64,000 nt of DNA, from the NCBI RefSeq assembly GCF_009914755.1, contig NC_060929.1, one strand, 5' to 3'. This DNA is from the human T2T-CHM13v2.0 reference genome, Homo sapiens. Position numbers and translations under genes: made by a program. The notes under the pieces are model-generated. The model was not told where the DNA came from. It worked only from the letters and a program-made list of their open reading frames with translations, and did not search any database. The number at the start of each line of letters is the position of its first letter. The stretch's first letter is position 1. Positions 1 through 11,347 of this stretch are shown here, one piece after another.

Positions 1-18
1 CAGATGCCACGGCCTTAC

Positions 19-63
19 CTGCACTATTACATAAGACCTCCCCCAAGGCAAAATGGGAAAGGC
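19..63 (-). other. Degenerate third gate-exon copy / candidate cryptic in-frame 45-nt exon (AFPILPWGRSYVIVQ)
   Basis: tgtcttctag|GCC ... GTGCAG|gtaagg; 24/26 nt identical to the Y-exon donor junction, plus a second collinear block of similarity. Confidence 0.5.
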
Positions 64-646
64 CTAGAAGACACAGTTTTTTCATATGCTGGTCCCTTGA
101 GTGACACATATATGGAGAATTCCTTGTCTCCATAATCACATATGGATTCCTCCTCCCACTCCCTCTGTACTTCCACAAGGCCTGTCTCAGGGCCAGCCTC
201 AGGCCAGTCCCCATCTGCAGCCTGAAGAGCCATGCCAGTTTCATTCCCCAACTTTACTCTTTTGTTTTCTCTTTTAGGAGTTTGTGAATTATAAAAGTTA
301 TGGAACATAAGTGTTTTGGTCATAAACGGAGCTGTACTGCACAGAGCTTGAATGGTAAAGCACTTCTGCAAAGCTGCAATACTCTCTGAGAAGATGCTAT
401 CAGCTGGGGTCTCTCTCAGCTGAGTGTGTCCATGGGTAAGACAGGGCAGGCCTGGGGGCTTCCCTGGAACAATGCTCCCAGGAGGGACAAGTGGGGTGGC
501 TAAAGTCCTCTGAGCCCTCTGACCCCTATGGTACCTTCTGAGGACAGGGCAGTTTGGTCCTACTTCATGCCACCAGTGACAAGTGACACCCGCTAGGGTT
601 ATGGGTTCTAGGCACAGAGTGTGCCTCCCTGATGCCAGGGCCTTAC

Positions 647-724
647 CTGCACCATTCGCTCAAACATGTGTGCTAAAGGCAAATAGGAAATGTGCACATC
701 CGCACAAGTGGGAGCCCACTGACT
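647..724 (-). CDS. ACSL6: ACSL6 mutually exclusive Y-gate exon (SQWAPTCADVHISYLPLAHMFERMVQ)
   Basis: ttttttcttacag|AGT ... CAG|gtaagg; 78 nt, phase 0/0; gate motif D-x4-Y-LPLAH-x2-E. Confidence 0.96.
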
Positions 725-781
725 CTGTAAGAAAAAAGAAGGAGCCCAGGCAAGGCCCGGTCAGTCAGGTGGGTGTCTTAC

Positions 782-859
782 CTGGATTACTCTCTCAAAC
801 ATGTGAGCCAGAGGCAGGAAGGAGATGAGCACATCGTCCTGTCTCGGAAAGATCACTTT
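782..859 (-). CDS. ACSL6: ACSL6 mutually exclusive F-gate exon (KVIFPRQDDVLISFLPLAHMFERVIQ)
   Basis: ctgcag|AAA ... CAG|gtaaga; 78 nt, phase 0/0; gate motif D-x4-F-LPLAH-x2-E. Confidence 0.96.
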
Positions 860-959
860 CTGCAGGCGACGGGCATGGGAGACAGAAAGGAAAGAAACAC
901 TGACAGGAAGACGACAAGAGAATCATAAAACAATAAAGAGAAAATGGTCCTGGAGGGTA

Positions 960-1090
960 AACAGGAAGAGGGGGAGGGGAATGGGAGTGGTGAGGACAGA
1001 GAGAGAGGTGAGATGAAAGAGAGAAGAAATGAGAGAGAGAGGGAGAGAGAGAGGGAGGGGGAAGGTGCAGAAAGAAGAGAGAGACAGGGC
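960..1090. repeat. Polypurine (GA-rich) tract, read as a long CU-rich tract in the pre-mRNA
   Basis: Directly visible. Confidence 0.9.
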
Positions 1091-1784
1091 AGCATAGGAA
1101 GCGGAGTGTTAGGTCGCAGCGTCAGTGGGTCTAGGTTATCTGCAGAAGCAAAGAGCCAAATGAAGCACACAGAAACCAGCAGAGTGGGCTCCGCAGGGAA
1201 GTCTCCTCTCTGAGGGCCTGCCCCTCACTTGCAGTCAGTCGGCTCTAGCCCGGCTCTCTCCCCTTCCTCCCCACACCTGCAGGACCTGCCCCACACCCCA
1301 TTTCTCCAGGATCCCTGGGCTACCCGGGCAGGGATTCAGAAGGTCTTGGCTAGTCAGCACTTTCTAGTCCTTGCAGAGAAAGGGGCCCAGAGACTCCTAA
1401 GTCTATGCAACTGTGGCTGGGGTATGAGCCCCAGCCAGAGGAGGAGACAAGGCCAAACCCCAAACACTGGCTGAGCCTGGCCTCACAAGCCATCCCTGGA
1501 ACCAGGGCCTTAAAGAGGAATGCTGACAGGGAGCCCTGCTGTGCCCCGCCAGCAAAGGGAGGGCCCAGGACACATCTCACAGATGGGACTGACCCTAGGG
1601 ACAGGGGCTACTCCAGCCAGGGGAGCCCTGCACAAGGCTTGGGATCTGGGTGGGCTGTGCCTCCACGTGCTCTCCTCTGCTGGACTTCCCTGCTCTCCAC
1701 CCCTTTGCAGAGGCCTTCACTCTCCTGTGCTGGCTTTTGGGCCAGCTTGGGCAAACCTTGGCTCCTGACCTGGGCTCAGCCACC

Positions 1785-1840
1785 AACTGTCTCTCACAGT
1801 TTTCTGCTAAAATAAACTGTCTCTCACAGTTTTCTACTAA
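1785..1840. repeat. 30-bp tandem duplication
   Basis: AACTGTCTCTCACAGTTTTCT(G/A)CTAA at 1785 and 1815. Confidence 0.9.
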
Positions 1841-2536
1841 GTGTTTGGGGCACACACTTCATAATGTCATCTACCATGAATGTGGAGTGTGACTTTCTCC
1901 ACAGTGAAGAAAAAGCCAAACTTTTTTGAAAAGATACACTCCTTTATGCTGAAGGAAACTGCAGGACATACTCACCACTTGTGGGAAAAGTCCTCCTTTG
2001 TTAGCCAGTTATAAAATGCTAACATGCTTTGGTCAGGCCAAGACATCAAAGCTTTTTTGATTTTAGATTTACCTTTAAGTACAGCCTTATAAATTAGCAG
2101 TTGCCGTTGTTTCTCAGACTCTAGTAGTCCTTAAACACAAAATGACTGAATTAAACCCTGACCTTTGAAAAACAAGTTATTAAGGATTACTTTCTAAATA
2201 AAGGTACACACAAAACCATGGGTATATCAATTTTTGAAGTTATTTGAAGTTAGAAAGGAAAAATAGGTTTGCATGCTTTTCTTTCTGGGATCTTAGTACT
2301 CCCAGAAATCAACTGAATATTTGTCACGTATGGGTCATTTCAGTATTTGGAGTGAAAAGTGATGGTAAAAGTGGGGTTGCTCTAATGAGAACAGAAACTC
2401 CTGCCTGTGAATGGCAGCCCAGGTTATATCAAGAAAAAAAAAAAAAGAAAAAGAAAACAAACAAATAAAAAAAAATCCTCTGAGGCTTGAGGTTGTCCTC
2501 AAGAGACACCTGCAACAGTAATTCTACTTTATTCAC

Positions 2537-2610
2537 CTCTGTCACTTTCAGAAAGCCTGAGAAATCAGCCACCACGTTCCCATGGGTGAGCATCGCACCT
2601 TTTGGGTTCC
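2537..2610 (-). CDS. ACSL6: ACSL6 exon 10 (GNPKGAMLTHGNVVADFSGFLKVTE), second half of the P-loop
   Basis: tttctttttatag|GG ... GAG|gtgaat; 74 nt; completes TSGTTGNPKG. Confidence 0.97.
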
Positions 2611-3349
2611 CTATAAAAAGAAAGCAAGAAGTCAAATTAGTTGGAAACTCAAGGGCCACTTCTTGAGAGCAGTGCCCAAGTTGGCAGTCCCAGACACCCA
2701 TGCTGTCTACCCAAGCCTCTGGCCTTTGTCTTCAGCCACCTTTAGACTTACAGGCAGATGAATGCTGCTTCAGGGACCGCTATCCTATAGACATAGCCTA
2801 CCATTAGGCTCCCACCAGCATGGGACCAGGAGGCAGGTGATATGGCTGCACAGGAGGGGTGCCTCAAGGCCTGAAGGGTCAACTGCTTGTGGTCTGTGCC
2901 TTATCCTCTCCCGTCTTCCTTCAGGAGCAGAGGCTGTCAGCCCCGAGTCCCCTTACATATAGCAAGGGCTCTGTACTACTCCCTGGGCCTGAGTGGGCCT
3001 GGTCTCCTGAGTCCAGCAGCCAACTCTGATGGCAAAGGACTTCTCTGCTGCATTTGGCACCTGGAAAGGCCCCAGGCTCAGGCCAGGCTGGAGATCCAAG
3101 AGGGCTGGGCAGCCCTTCCTGCCTGCTCCTTGGCAGAAATGGGACACAAATATTCTTGCTTTGTTTTGATATGACCTTTCACTACTGCTCGTGAGGCCTA
3201 GTTCTCTGGGCCCTTGAGGAAGTCAGGGGCTGCTAGGATGACTCAGAGGGTAGAGATGGCTAGGGATCCCAGGCACAGCAGGCTGGGAAGGGAGGACAAC
3301 TTGGCCACCATTTCCTGTCAGGGTAGATACAATCCCAAAGTTCCTGCCG

Positions 3350-3512
3350 GACAGATCTGACAGGGCTCAAATCCTAGCCTTGCCACTCACTGCCAGCATA
3401 ACACTGGCAAGCCATTGTTCCTCTCTGTTTCCTTACCTGTAAGATGGGGAGAGTAATGCCCACCTCACAGGCTTCTATAAGATCTAAAGATATAATCTAA
3501 GTATGAAAGATG
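3350..3512 (+). mobile_element. MIR
   Basis: GGCTCAAATCCTAGC..TGCCACTCAC...CTCTGTTTCCTTACCTGTAAGATGGGG...ACCTCACAGG. Confidence 0.7.
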
Positions 3513-3789
3513 TTAAATTAGGTTCCACTGAGGCAGCCAGAGATGTTAAATCAGACGTTTCCACTGAGGCAGCAGATACAATAGCTGCAAAACATCAAAT
3601 AAGCCAACATGTTAACTTTGCAACCCTCACCCTGAATGAGGCAATAAAAGGGCTGAGAGAGACTAAGAGAGTGTTGTACTCGATGCCCCTGAATTGCTCA
3701 CTTTAAAATGGAGTTGATTTTATGCTATGTGAAATTTGCCTCAATGAGGGGGTGGGGAGAGAAAGAGAGAGAGAGAGAGAGAACTTTTT

Positions 3790-4715
3790 TTCATCTTTGG
3801 AGACAGCTACACTGAGTCATAGCCCATCAAAAGGGGAGGAATGAAGGGTCCTCTCTCCTAATCTCAACCTAACACCCGAGCTAACTCAGCCCCTAATGGG
3901 ATCACTTGAAGTGCCTGATTGTGCTCCCTGCAGCTGGGAGACCCAATGAGAAAGATGAAGAAGACTGTGGTTGTAAAACGAAAAGAAACCAAATTAATCC
4001 CAGGGAATCTGGATATGGAGTCTACAGAAGGAACATCAGTCTTAGAGAGCAGTGGTGGGAATGGTGGGGTGCAAGAAATCTTATCCACGAGACCAGTTTG
4101 CCAGGGCAAAATGACAATCGCCCATGAGGGGAGACAATCAAGAGTACACCAAAGACAGAAGCTGAAGTGGAGCAGGCAGCAGGCAACCCAAGGAAGGACA
4201 CCACCTAAATCAAGAGTGCTCATGAAGGCAGCCATGAAGCAGAGGGAGTTTTAGACGTTTGCCCAAAACCATCTTTCAACTTTCATAGTCTACTTATTTA
4301 TTCTCCTACCCCACTTCAAACCTGGTAGGAGAGGGCAGAAACCTCTGTTAGCAAGCTGGGGGAGAAGGAAAAACATCAGAGAGGAACAGAGGAGAGAAGG
4401 ACCGTGCCCTCCTTACCAAGCCTGCAGCCAGCCCTCGCTCGGGAAAGGAAGGAGTCTCAGTGAAGTGTACTGATTCCTATTTTGGACTGACACTTGTAAT
4501 TCTGAATTAAGACTGTGTTTGTGACTTGCAATGTCCATAGGACTTTTTATTAACTGAGAGTGACCAGAAAAGGCACAAGATGCCTGAGTTTTTGCCCAGG
4601 AGCAGAAAAAGAACTACCCCCGCGGCACAAATTTAAAGGCACGAATGGAGATAAAAATAAAGTTGCTCTCATAATTATATCCCAGGAGGCCTACTTGTTC
4701 AACTTACTGGTGACC
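3790..4715 (+). mobile_element. Ancient LTR (LTR78-like)
   Basis: The 3' end resembles my recollection of LTR78 (GAGTGACCAGAAAAG...AAAAATAAAGTTGC...CTTGTTCAAC..ACTGGT.AC); the 5' boundary is uncertain. Confidence 0.45.
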
Positions 4716-5057
4716 CATTTGTCAGAGATAAGAGCATCAGGCATGGCCCAATCTTTGAATTCAAGAGACAAGACACATCTGTTTGACTGAAACGTATGGT
4801 GGATGGGATTTTAACCTGCACTCTGGCACTTCCACCCATATTGCAAATCACAGAGGTGATTCTGGGGACACAGAAGATTATGACATGATTTAAAAAGTTA
4901 CATTTCTCTAATAAATAGCTGTCAAAATATCTTCCTTTTGAAAAGAAAAAGTGCCATGGGGTCTAATTTTATCTCTGCCTATCCTTCTTTCTTCCTAACA
5001 TCCTTCCTCAAACCCAGGCTCAGATTAAGAAATATCCAAGTTGTCTCATATACAAAT

Positions 5058-5102
5058 CCCACAGAGTACCTGGGCCCACAGAGTACCTGGGCCCACAGAG
5101 TA
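5058..5102. repeat. 17-bp tandem repeat x2.6 (CCCACAGAGTACCTGGG)
   Basis: Perfect copies at 5058 and 5075, partial copy at 5092. Confidence 0.9.
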
Positions 5103-7239
5103 TTCCAAGTGTCACCTAGCAATTTCTTCCCACTGACTCTTAGGATCTGGAAGTTTCTAAGGAATATCTCCCAAACACTAGGTATGAAATCAGAAGTGTC
5201 ATGAAATAAGAGTCCTGTGTTACAGAGCTTTGGATTTGCAAAGTTGGCTGACTTGTTCATGCTTGAGAGAACTCAGGGTGAATGGTGTAAGAATCTCAAG
5301 GGAAAACTGTCTTCATTGATAAAAAAAAATTCTAAAGCCGCCATTCAGTTCAAGCCAAAACACGTACAACAGCAGTAGTTATTCAATTCCACTTGGTTAG
5401 ATAAGTCCTTTTCTTCTCCAGCATGATGAGAAAAGTTCATGTCCTTTAGTTTTCTTGTGGATATGAATGCCATTTTATACATGTCTAATGGCATATGGAA
5501 TTTTAAAACATTCCCAGACATGCCCAAATTATTTCTTTAAGTTGTCTCTACATGTGGTCCCAAAGGGTGAAGAAGAAGTGAATGTTGGCAACAAATTGTG
5601 GGGGAAGACTGAAAGGTTGCAGAATCAAATTGCAGAATTTTCCCTGGTTTTCTCCTTTTCTGGTGCAATGTCAGTAAGAGATGCTGGCTACCCAGGCCGC
5701 CAATGTCTCAGCGGTATGAGACCCACTGTCTATTTCCCATCATCCACTCATAAGCTGACCATTCTTGTATTTAATTTTCTCTCTAGCCACTGAAGAAAAA
5801 CTCTCCAAGTGTTAGATTCTGCCAATGACATTTTGGCTTTGGTCAGTGTTCCTGGGCAGGCCTCCCATGGCTATTATGTAGAAAGGCATTTTGCTGGGTG
5901 ACGATCTGCCCTGATTGGATGTTGGCTCCAGGTGACAGCAGCTGCGGATGGACTTGAGCTCAAGGTTTCTCCTGCAGGGGTGGAAGTGGGTTTGGGGACA
6001 GTTCTGGGCCACCCAGCTGGGGGATTCTGGCTGCTTGTTTCTGCTTTTAAATACTCAAAGGTGGGTTATAATAGTTACCAGTGACTGACATTCTCTGGAA
6101 GTTTCATAATGCAGCTAGAGTGTTCGTCTTCCTGCTAAAGGCTCTCAAATCTTTAGGTCTGAGTCTTACTTTTATCAATCCCATATCCACCAATTTTTAA
6201 AAAATCAGACTTGAGGGCTAGTAAGAATAGAAATAATAACTATAATAGTAGCCAAGTACTCAACACCCACTAATGTTGGCACTGTGCTGGGCACTTCATA
6301 CATGGTAACTCAGCACTCCTGCTACATTCATTCAGGTCTTGAACCAAATAGCACAAAACGAATAGGTCATGGTGAACATTTTCCCCAGAAAGCCCACCTC
6401 TGAGTAGCCACAGTTCTGGGGATGATGGGCACTTACATGCTCAGCTAAATGACTGTATATGCCTGGGCTTTCATGGGCATCCTCAGTTAGAACAGAAGGG
6501 ACGCCCCAATTTGAATGGTCTCCACCCCCTCAGCCTCCCAGCCCCACAGCCAGTGCTTAGAATTGATCTCTCATGTTTTGAGACACTTTCATATGACTCC
6601 AGACCTGTGGCCCTTCCCCTCCTATCTTCTTTCTCATCCCTGCCTCCCTCCCATGCTGACTCCTGTGTCCCTCCCTTCAGTCACTCTCCTGTCAAGTGCC
6701 TCACCTCTTGGGCCTCCCCAAGGATCCCATTCTGAAAACCCCACCAAGCCAATCCAGTTGCCAACCTTCCTGCTCCCTCCACAGCGCAGCCCCCGAGGCT
6801 CACAGTCTCTGTCCCAGAGGGGCTCTCTTCCCAGAAACTGTCAACACATGCCCCCTTTAGACTCCTCTCATCCTCAGCCAGGACTCTGACTCCCACTCCA
6901 CAAAGGAGGCAGAAGCCGTCAGAGGACTCCCCGCATCTTCCTGGCCTCCCAGACTCTTCTCTTACCCCTTCCTTCCTAGCAGGGCCATCTCCTCCCTGGT
7001 ACTTGGAGACCTCCTTTCTCCCCCACCCACACCAAAGCTTCGGGGGCTTTGGTGCTTGAGCATCCTCTTCCTTTCTTCTGTCTCCAGTGGCCCCTTCTCA
7101 GCTATAAGAAACACTTTCAGGATCTCCAGAAGAGCAACAAACCTCCCCCAAAGCCCTTGGCTCCACCAGCTGCTAATCTTGCTCCCTGCCATACCTTCAT
7201 AGTCAACTATTAAAAAAAAAAAAAAAAAAAAAAACACAA

Positions 7240-7700
7240 CTTTCTCCTCAAGTATAACACACACATGGAAAAGTGCCCAAATAAGTGTAAAGCTCAATGG
7301 AGTTTTCCAAAGTGAACTTGGCTGTACAACCAGCACCCAGATCAAGACATAGAACATCAACCAGCATCCCAGAGGCTCCCTTATCACCCTTCCAGGGTGC
7401 CATTATCCCAGAAGACACCCTCTACCCTGATTTGTAAAACCACAGGGTAATTAATCACGTTTTATAATTTTATATGAAAGAAATCATACAATCTTTTGTG
7501 CCTGGTTTCTTTTGCTCAACTTTGTGGCATAATGTTCTACTGTAAGCAAATAAGCATTTGAATTATTTCCAGATTTTGACTATTACAAACAGTGTTGCTA
7601 TGAACATGATGGAGCATGCCTTTTGATGGCATGGCCAAGCTTCGTGAAAGAAGTGCACACATGCTTGTACTGAATCAATATCTTTACTTCCCATTTGCTC
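7240..7700 (-). mobile_element. L1ME-type 3' fragment
   Basis: ACCAGCACCCAGATCAAGACATAGAACAT; TTATTTCCAGATTTTGACTATTACAAACAGTGTTGCTATGAACAT. Confidence 0.7.
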
Positions 7701-7747
7701 CTCAGTCCACAGCACCAGCTCCTCCACCCCACGCCCCAGGACCAGCC

Positions 7748-8329
<582 letters not shown>

Positions 8330-8399
8330 GACCAGTCTTTGTCAAGAGCACCAGCAGGTCATTTCATGGTGACATCCTCCAGTTACAACTTAACCACAG

Positions 8400-8892
8400 A
8401 CGACACTGACAAATCCTGTTCTCCTCTAGCCTCTCCAGCCCCTCCTGCCTGACCTCTATTGGGAACTCCTGTCCCATCATCTCCCTCATGCTCGTGCCCT
8501 CAAGCCCTGCCTCGGGCCCTCTCTTTTCCTCTCAAAACTCCCTCAAAGCAGCGTGTTCTGTGCTACCATCAGGCCTCCACATATGCTCTTTCTCCTGCAG
8601 GGAATGCCTTTCCCTGGCTTCTGCAGCTACAGATCTTTCAGGACTCTGCTTAGACTGACTTCCTCTGGGAATCCTTTCTGTCCTGCTGTACTGATCTCTC
8701 AGTGGCCGGGTAACCCATGCACCAGGGATGCAGACCTCAAGGCAGTGACCGCATCATATTGTAACTGCCTGATGACACAAGCTGGGAGCTCACGGGTGCA
8801 GACCTATGTCTTCTCCATCCCTATGCCCTCAGCACCTAATGCTAGGTCTGATGCATAGTGGGTACTCACAAAAATGAGCTGAATGAGTGAAT
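8400..8892 (+). mobile_element. L2 3' end
   Basis: CCTCAGCACCTA...CATAGTGGGTACTCA..AAATG..CTGAATGAGTGAAT. Confidence 0.6.
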
Positions 8893-11295
8893 ATAGATGA
8901 ATTAGAAAAAGAGTGCTAAAAACACATAGACTGAAAGTTATGTTTTTTAAAAGCACTGTATTTTCTTTGCTGGGAAGACAAGGCATATGAACTCACAAGG
9001 ATAAAACATCCTAACTATCATTCAAGAGACCCAATTTCCCAAACTGGGCTATGTTACACCCACATATTATCTTTTTTTCAGAGGTGGGAATGGGTTCAGA
9101 TTCCAGTCCAGCTAACTGTTATTTTGAAATGAACAGCAAACCACATGCCCACCCCTCAGCCATCACTGGGTACAGACAGACCACAAGCTCTCACCACCTC
9201 CCAGGCCTTCTTGGCCTGAATAGGGACTTCAAAGTACTGACTTATTCTAGGAATCTCCACAGATTTTTTCCACCACATGCTAAGAATGAAATCTTCCTGG
9301 AATGATTCCACCAGAATCATGGGCCAAATGTCAGGTTCAGATCATATTTTCCATCTTTCCCCATGAAAAGAACAATGTGGCCCTTGATGAGGCTGGGAGC
9401 CAGGACATTTAGCTTACATTTAAGGGAAGCTGTATCTGGGCTGTGACGCTGAGGACACACAAGGCTGATGTGCCCGACAAGAGGATGAGTACAAGAGGCA
9501 CAGCATGGGCTTAGCCTAAAGCCAAGGAAATCCAAGTGCACAGCCAGATGGGGTGATATCAGGCCAGAGCCCTGCTCACTCCCCCAGCTCTGCCCAGGCA
9601 ACAGCCATAGCTTTGGAGTGGGAGGTCTGGGATAGTAAATCACAGCCTATGTTTCAAGCCCTATACATTCTGCTTCCACCACACAGAGCTTGAGCAGGAT
9701 GGCTCAGCTTCCTACAGTCTGGAAAAGCACTGGACATGATGTCTGCCCTCCCCAGCCAGGCAATAGCACATTTCTGCATCATGAAGTTTTTCTCCAGATC
9801 CAAGGGCAATGTCTGTGACCAAGTGACCTGTTAAAAGGCTGAAGGCACACTTTGAAGGCAGGTCCAAAGGTAAGGCCATAGCAGTGACCTGCTCCCCAAA
9901 ACCATGTCACCAAAAATTCACATTGTAAAACTCAAGACAAAAAGACATTGGAAAGTGCTCTTTAAAAAGCAACATAAACCTGAAGGGCATTTTTGAATTC
10001 TGGGTTGGCTCTGGATGTCAGCTCCTGGAGAGGAAGGGCTGTGTTGTTATTTTTCTGACAAAGTTTAGTAGAATATGGTGGAAATCCTTGAACCCATGTG
10101 AGTTAATGGTAAAAATCTATCTATATTCAATAAAGCATGTTTATCATGATCCACTGACATGAATAATCCTGGTTGTAGGGCTGGTCACAGGTCTGTCAAA
10201 TGCCTTAGAGGCTGCATCTGCAGAAGGCATGCAGAGCCCCAGTTCACTGCCCACTGAGAGCTGTCATCAAGATGGGCCAATCCTCAGTTTGGAAAAAGAA
10301 GGCTGGAGACTTCCTGCCCATTCAGGGCAAGACAAGTGACATCCACGTCATCAGATGAGATGGAAAGGCAGCACTGGGAAAGGCTCTGGCCTGGGAATTA
10401 TGACAGCAGGGCACAGGCCCTGGTGCTTCTACTTGCTGATGGTGTCCCTTTGGAGCAAGCAGGCTTGGTGACAATCCTGCTCACCTCACAGGCTGTGCTG
10501 AGGCCCCAGTGGTGCAGAGAGAGGGTGGACAGCATGCTATAGAAATGCAGAGGGTTGTGCCTGTGCTGTGTGTGTCCTCTTGTGCTTTCTGCCTCCCCCA
10601 GGAAGCCTTCCTTGATTATTCCTGCCACTGTTGATGTGTGTGCTCCTCTGTCAGCTCCAAGCACAGAGGATATCATTTCTGCTTGTGTGCTTTGCCTGAC
10701 AGCCTTGCTCATGGCACACCAGCCCCAGCCTGCAGAGCATCTGCATTGCCCTTTCACACACTGTCCCATCTCCCACTTGGCACCTTTAGCCACCCTCATG
10801 GCAGATGAGAAACTGGGGACACTGGTGGCAGAGAAGTTAAATGAGTGGCTCACAGTCCCCCAGCAAGCAGTGGAGGTAGGACTCAAACCAAGGCTCTCAG
10901 ACGCCAAACCTCACACTCTTTCCCCAGTCTCCAACACAAAGGCCAGGCAGGGGCAGAAAGCAGGGGAGTGAGAGCTGTTTACCAGAGAGAAATGATGCCA
11001 GTGAGAAAGGACCTTCCCTCAGCACATGATCCAGCTGCCCATGACTCTGCTGACTCAGCTCTGGGAGGTGCCAAGCCCTCACACTGGACCTCCCAATGCA
11101 CACTATCCATCTGCATCTGGCCACTCTTATGCAGGGCACTGGGAGGTGCAGGAGGTCACCCAGTGTCTGGAGCCAGGAACAAGACAAGGCTCAGCCCATT
11201 TCAAACAGGGTATCAAAGACTCCAGCAGTCACCTGCTAGGCCACCAGGGAAGGGTGCAGGTAGCCATGGCTGGGGATCTGCGTGCCTCTGCTTAC

Positions 11296-11347
11296 CTGTC
11301 GTGCCGCTTGTGAAACACACAATGGAGAGGTCATCAGGCTGCGGGGG
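11296..11347 (-). CDS. ACSL6: ACSL6 exon 9 (PPQPDDLSIVCFTSGTT), first half of the AMP-binding P-loop
   Basis: cctgcag|CCC ... ACAG|gtaagc; 52 nt. Confidence 0.97.

Noticed and set aside
27-371. 114-aa minus-strand ORF, and a possible 77-nt extended version of the third gate copy (acceptor near 96)
   Set aside because: There is no pyrimidine tract at that AG, the length is not a multiple of three and it hits a stop. Only the 45-nt form is frame-preserving.
1970-2000. Strong minus-strand donor (AAGTG|gtgagtat) in intron 10
   Set aside because: No credible upstream acceptor or pyrimidine tract, so no exon can be supported.
1785-5102. Short direct repeats (1785-1840, 3508-3576, 5058-5102) as a CRISPR-like or structured array
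   Set aside because: Only 2-3 adjacent copies with unrelated units and no spacers; these are ordinary slippage duplications in a human intron.
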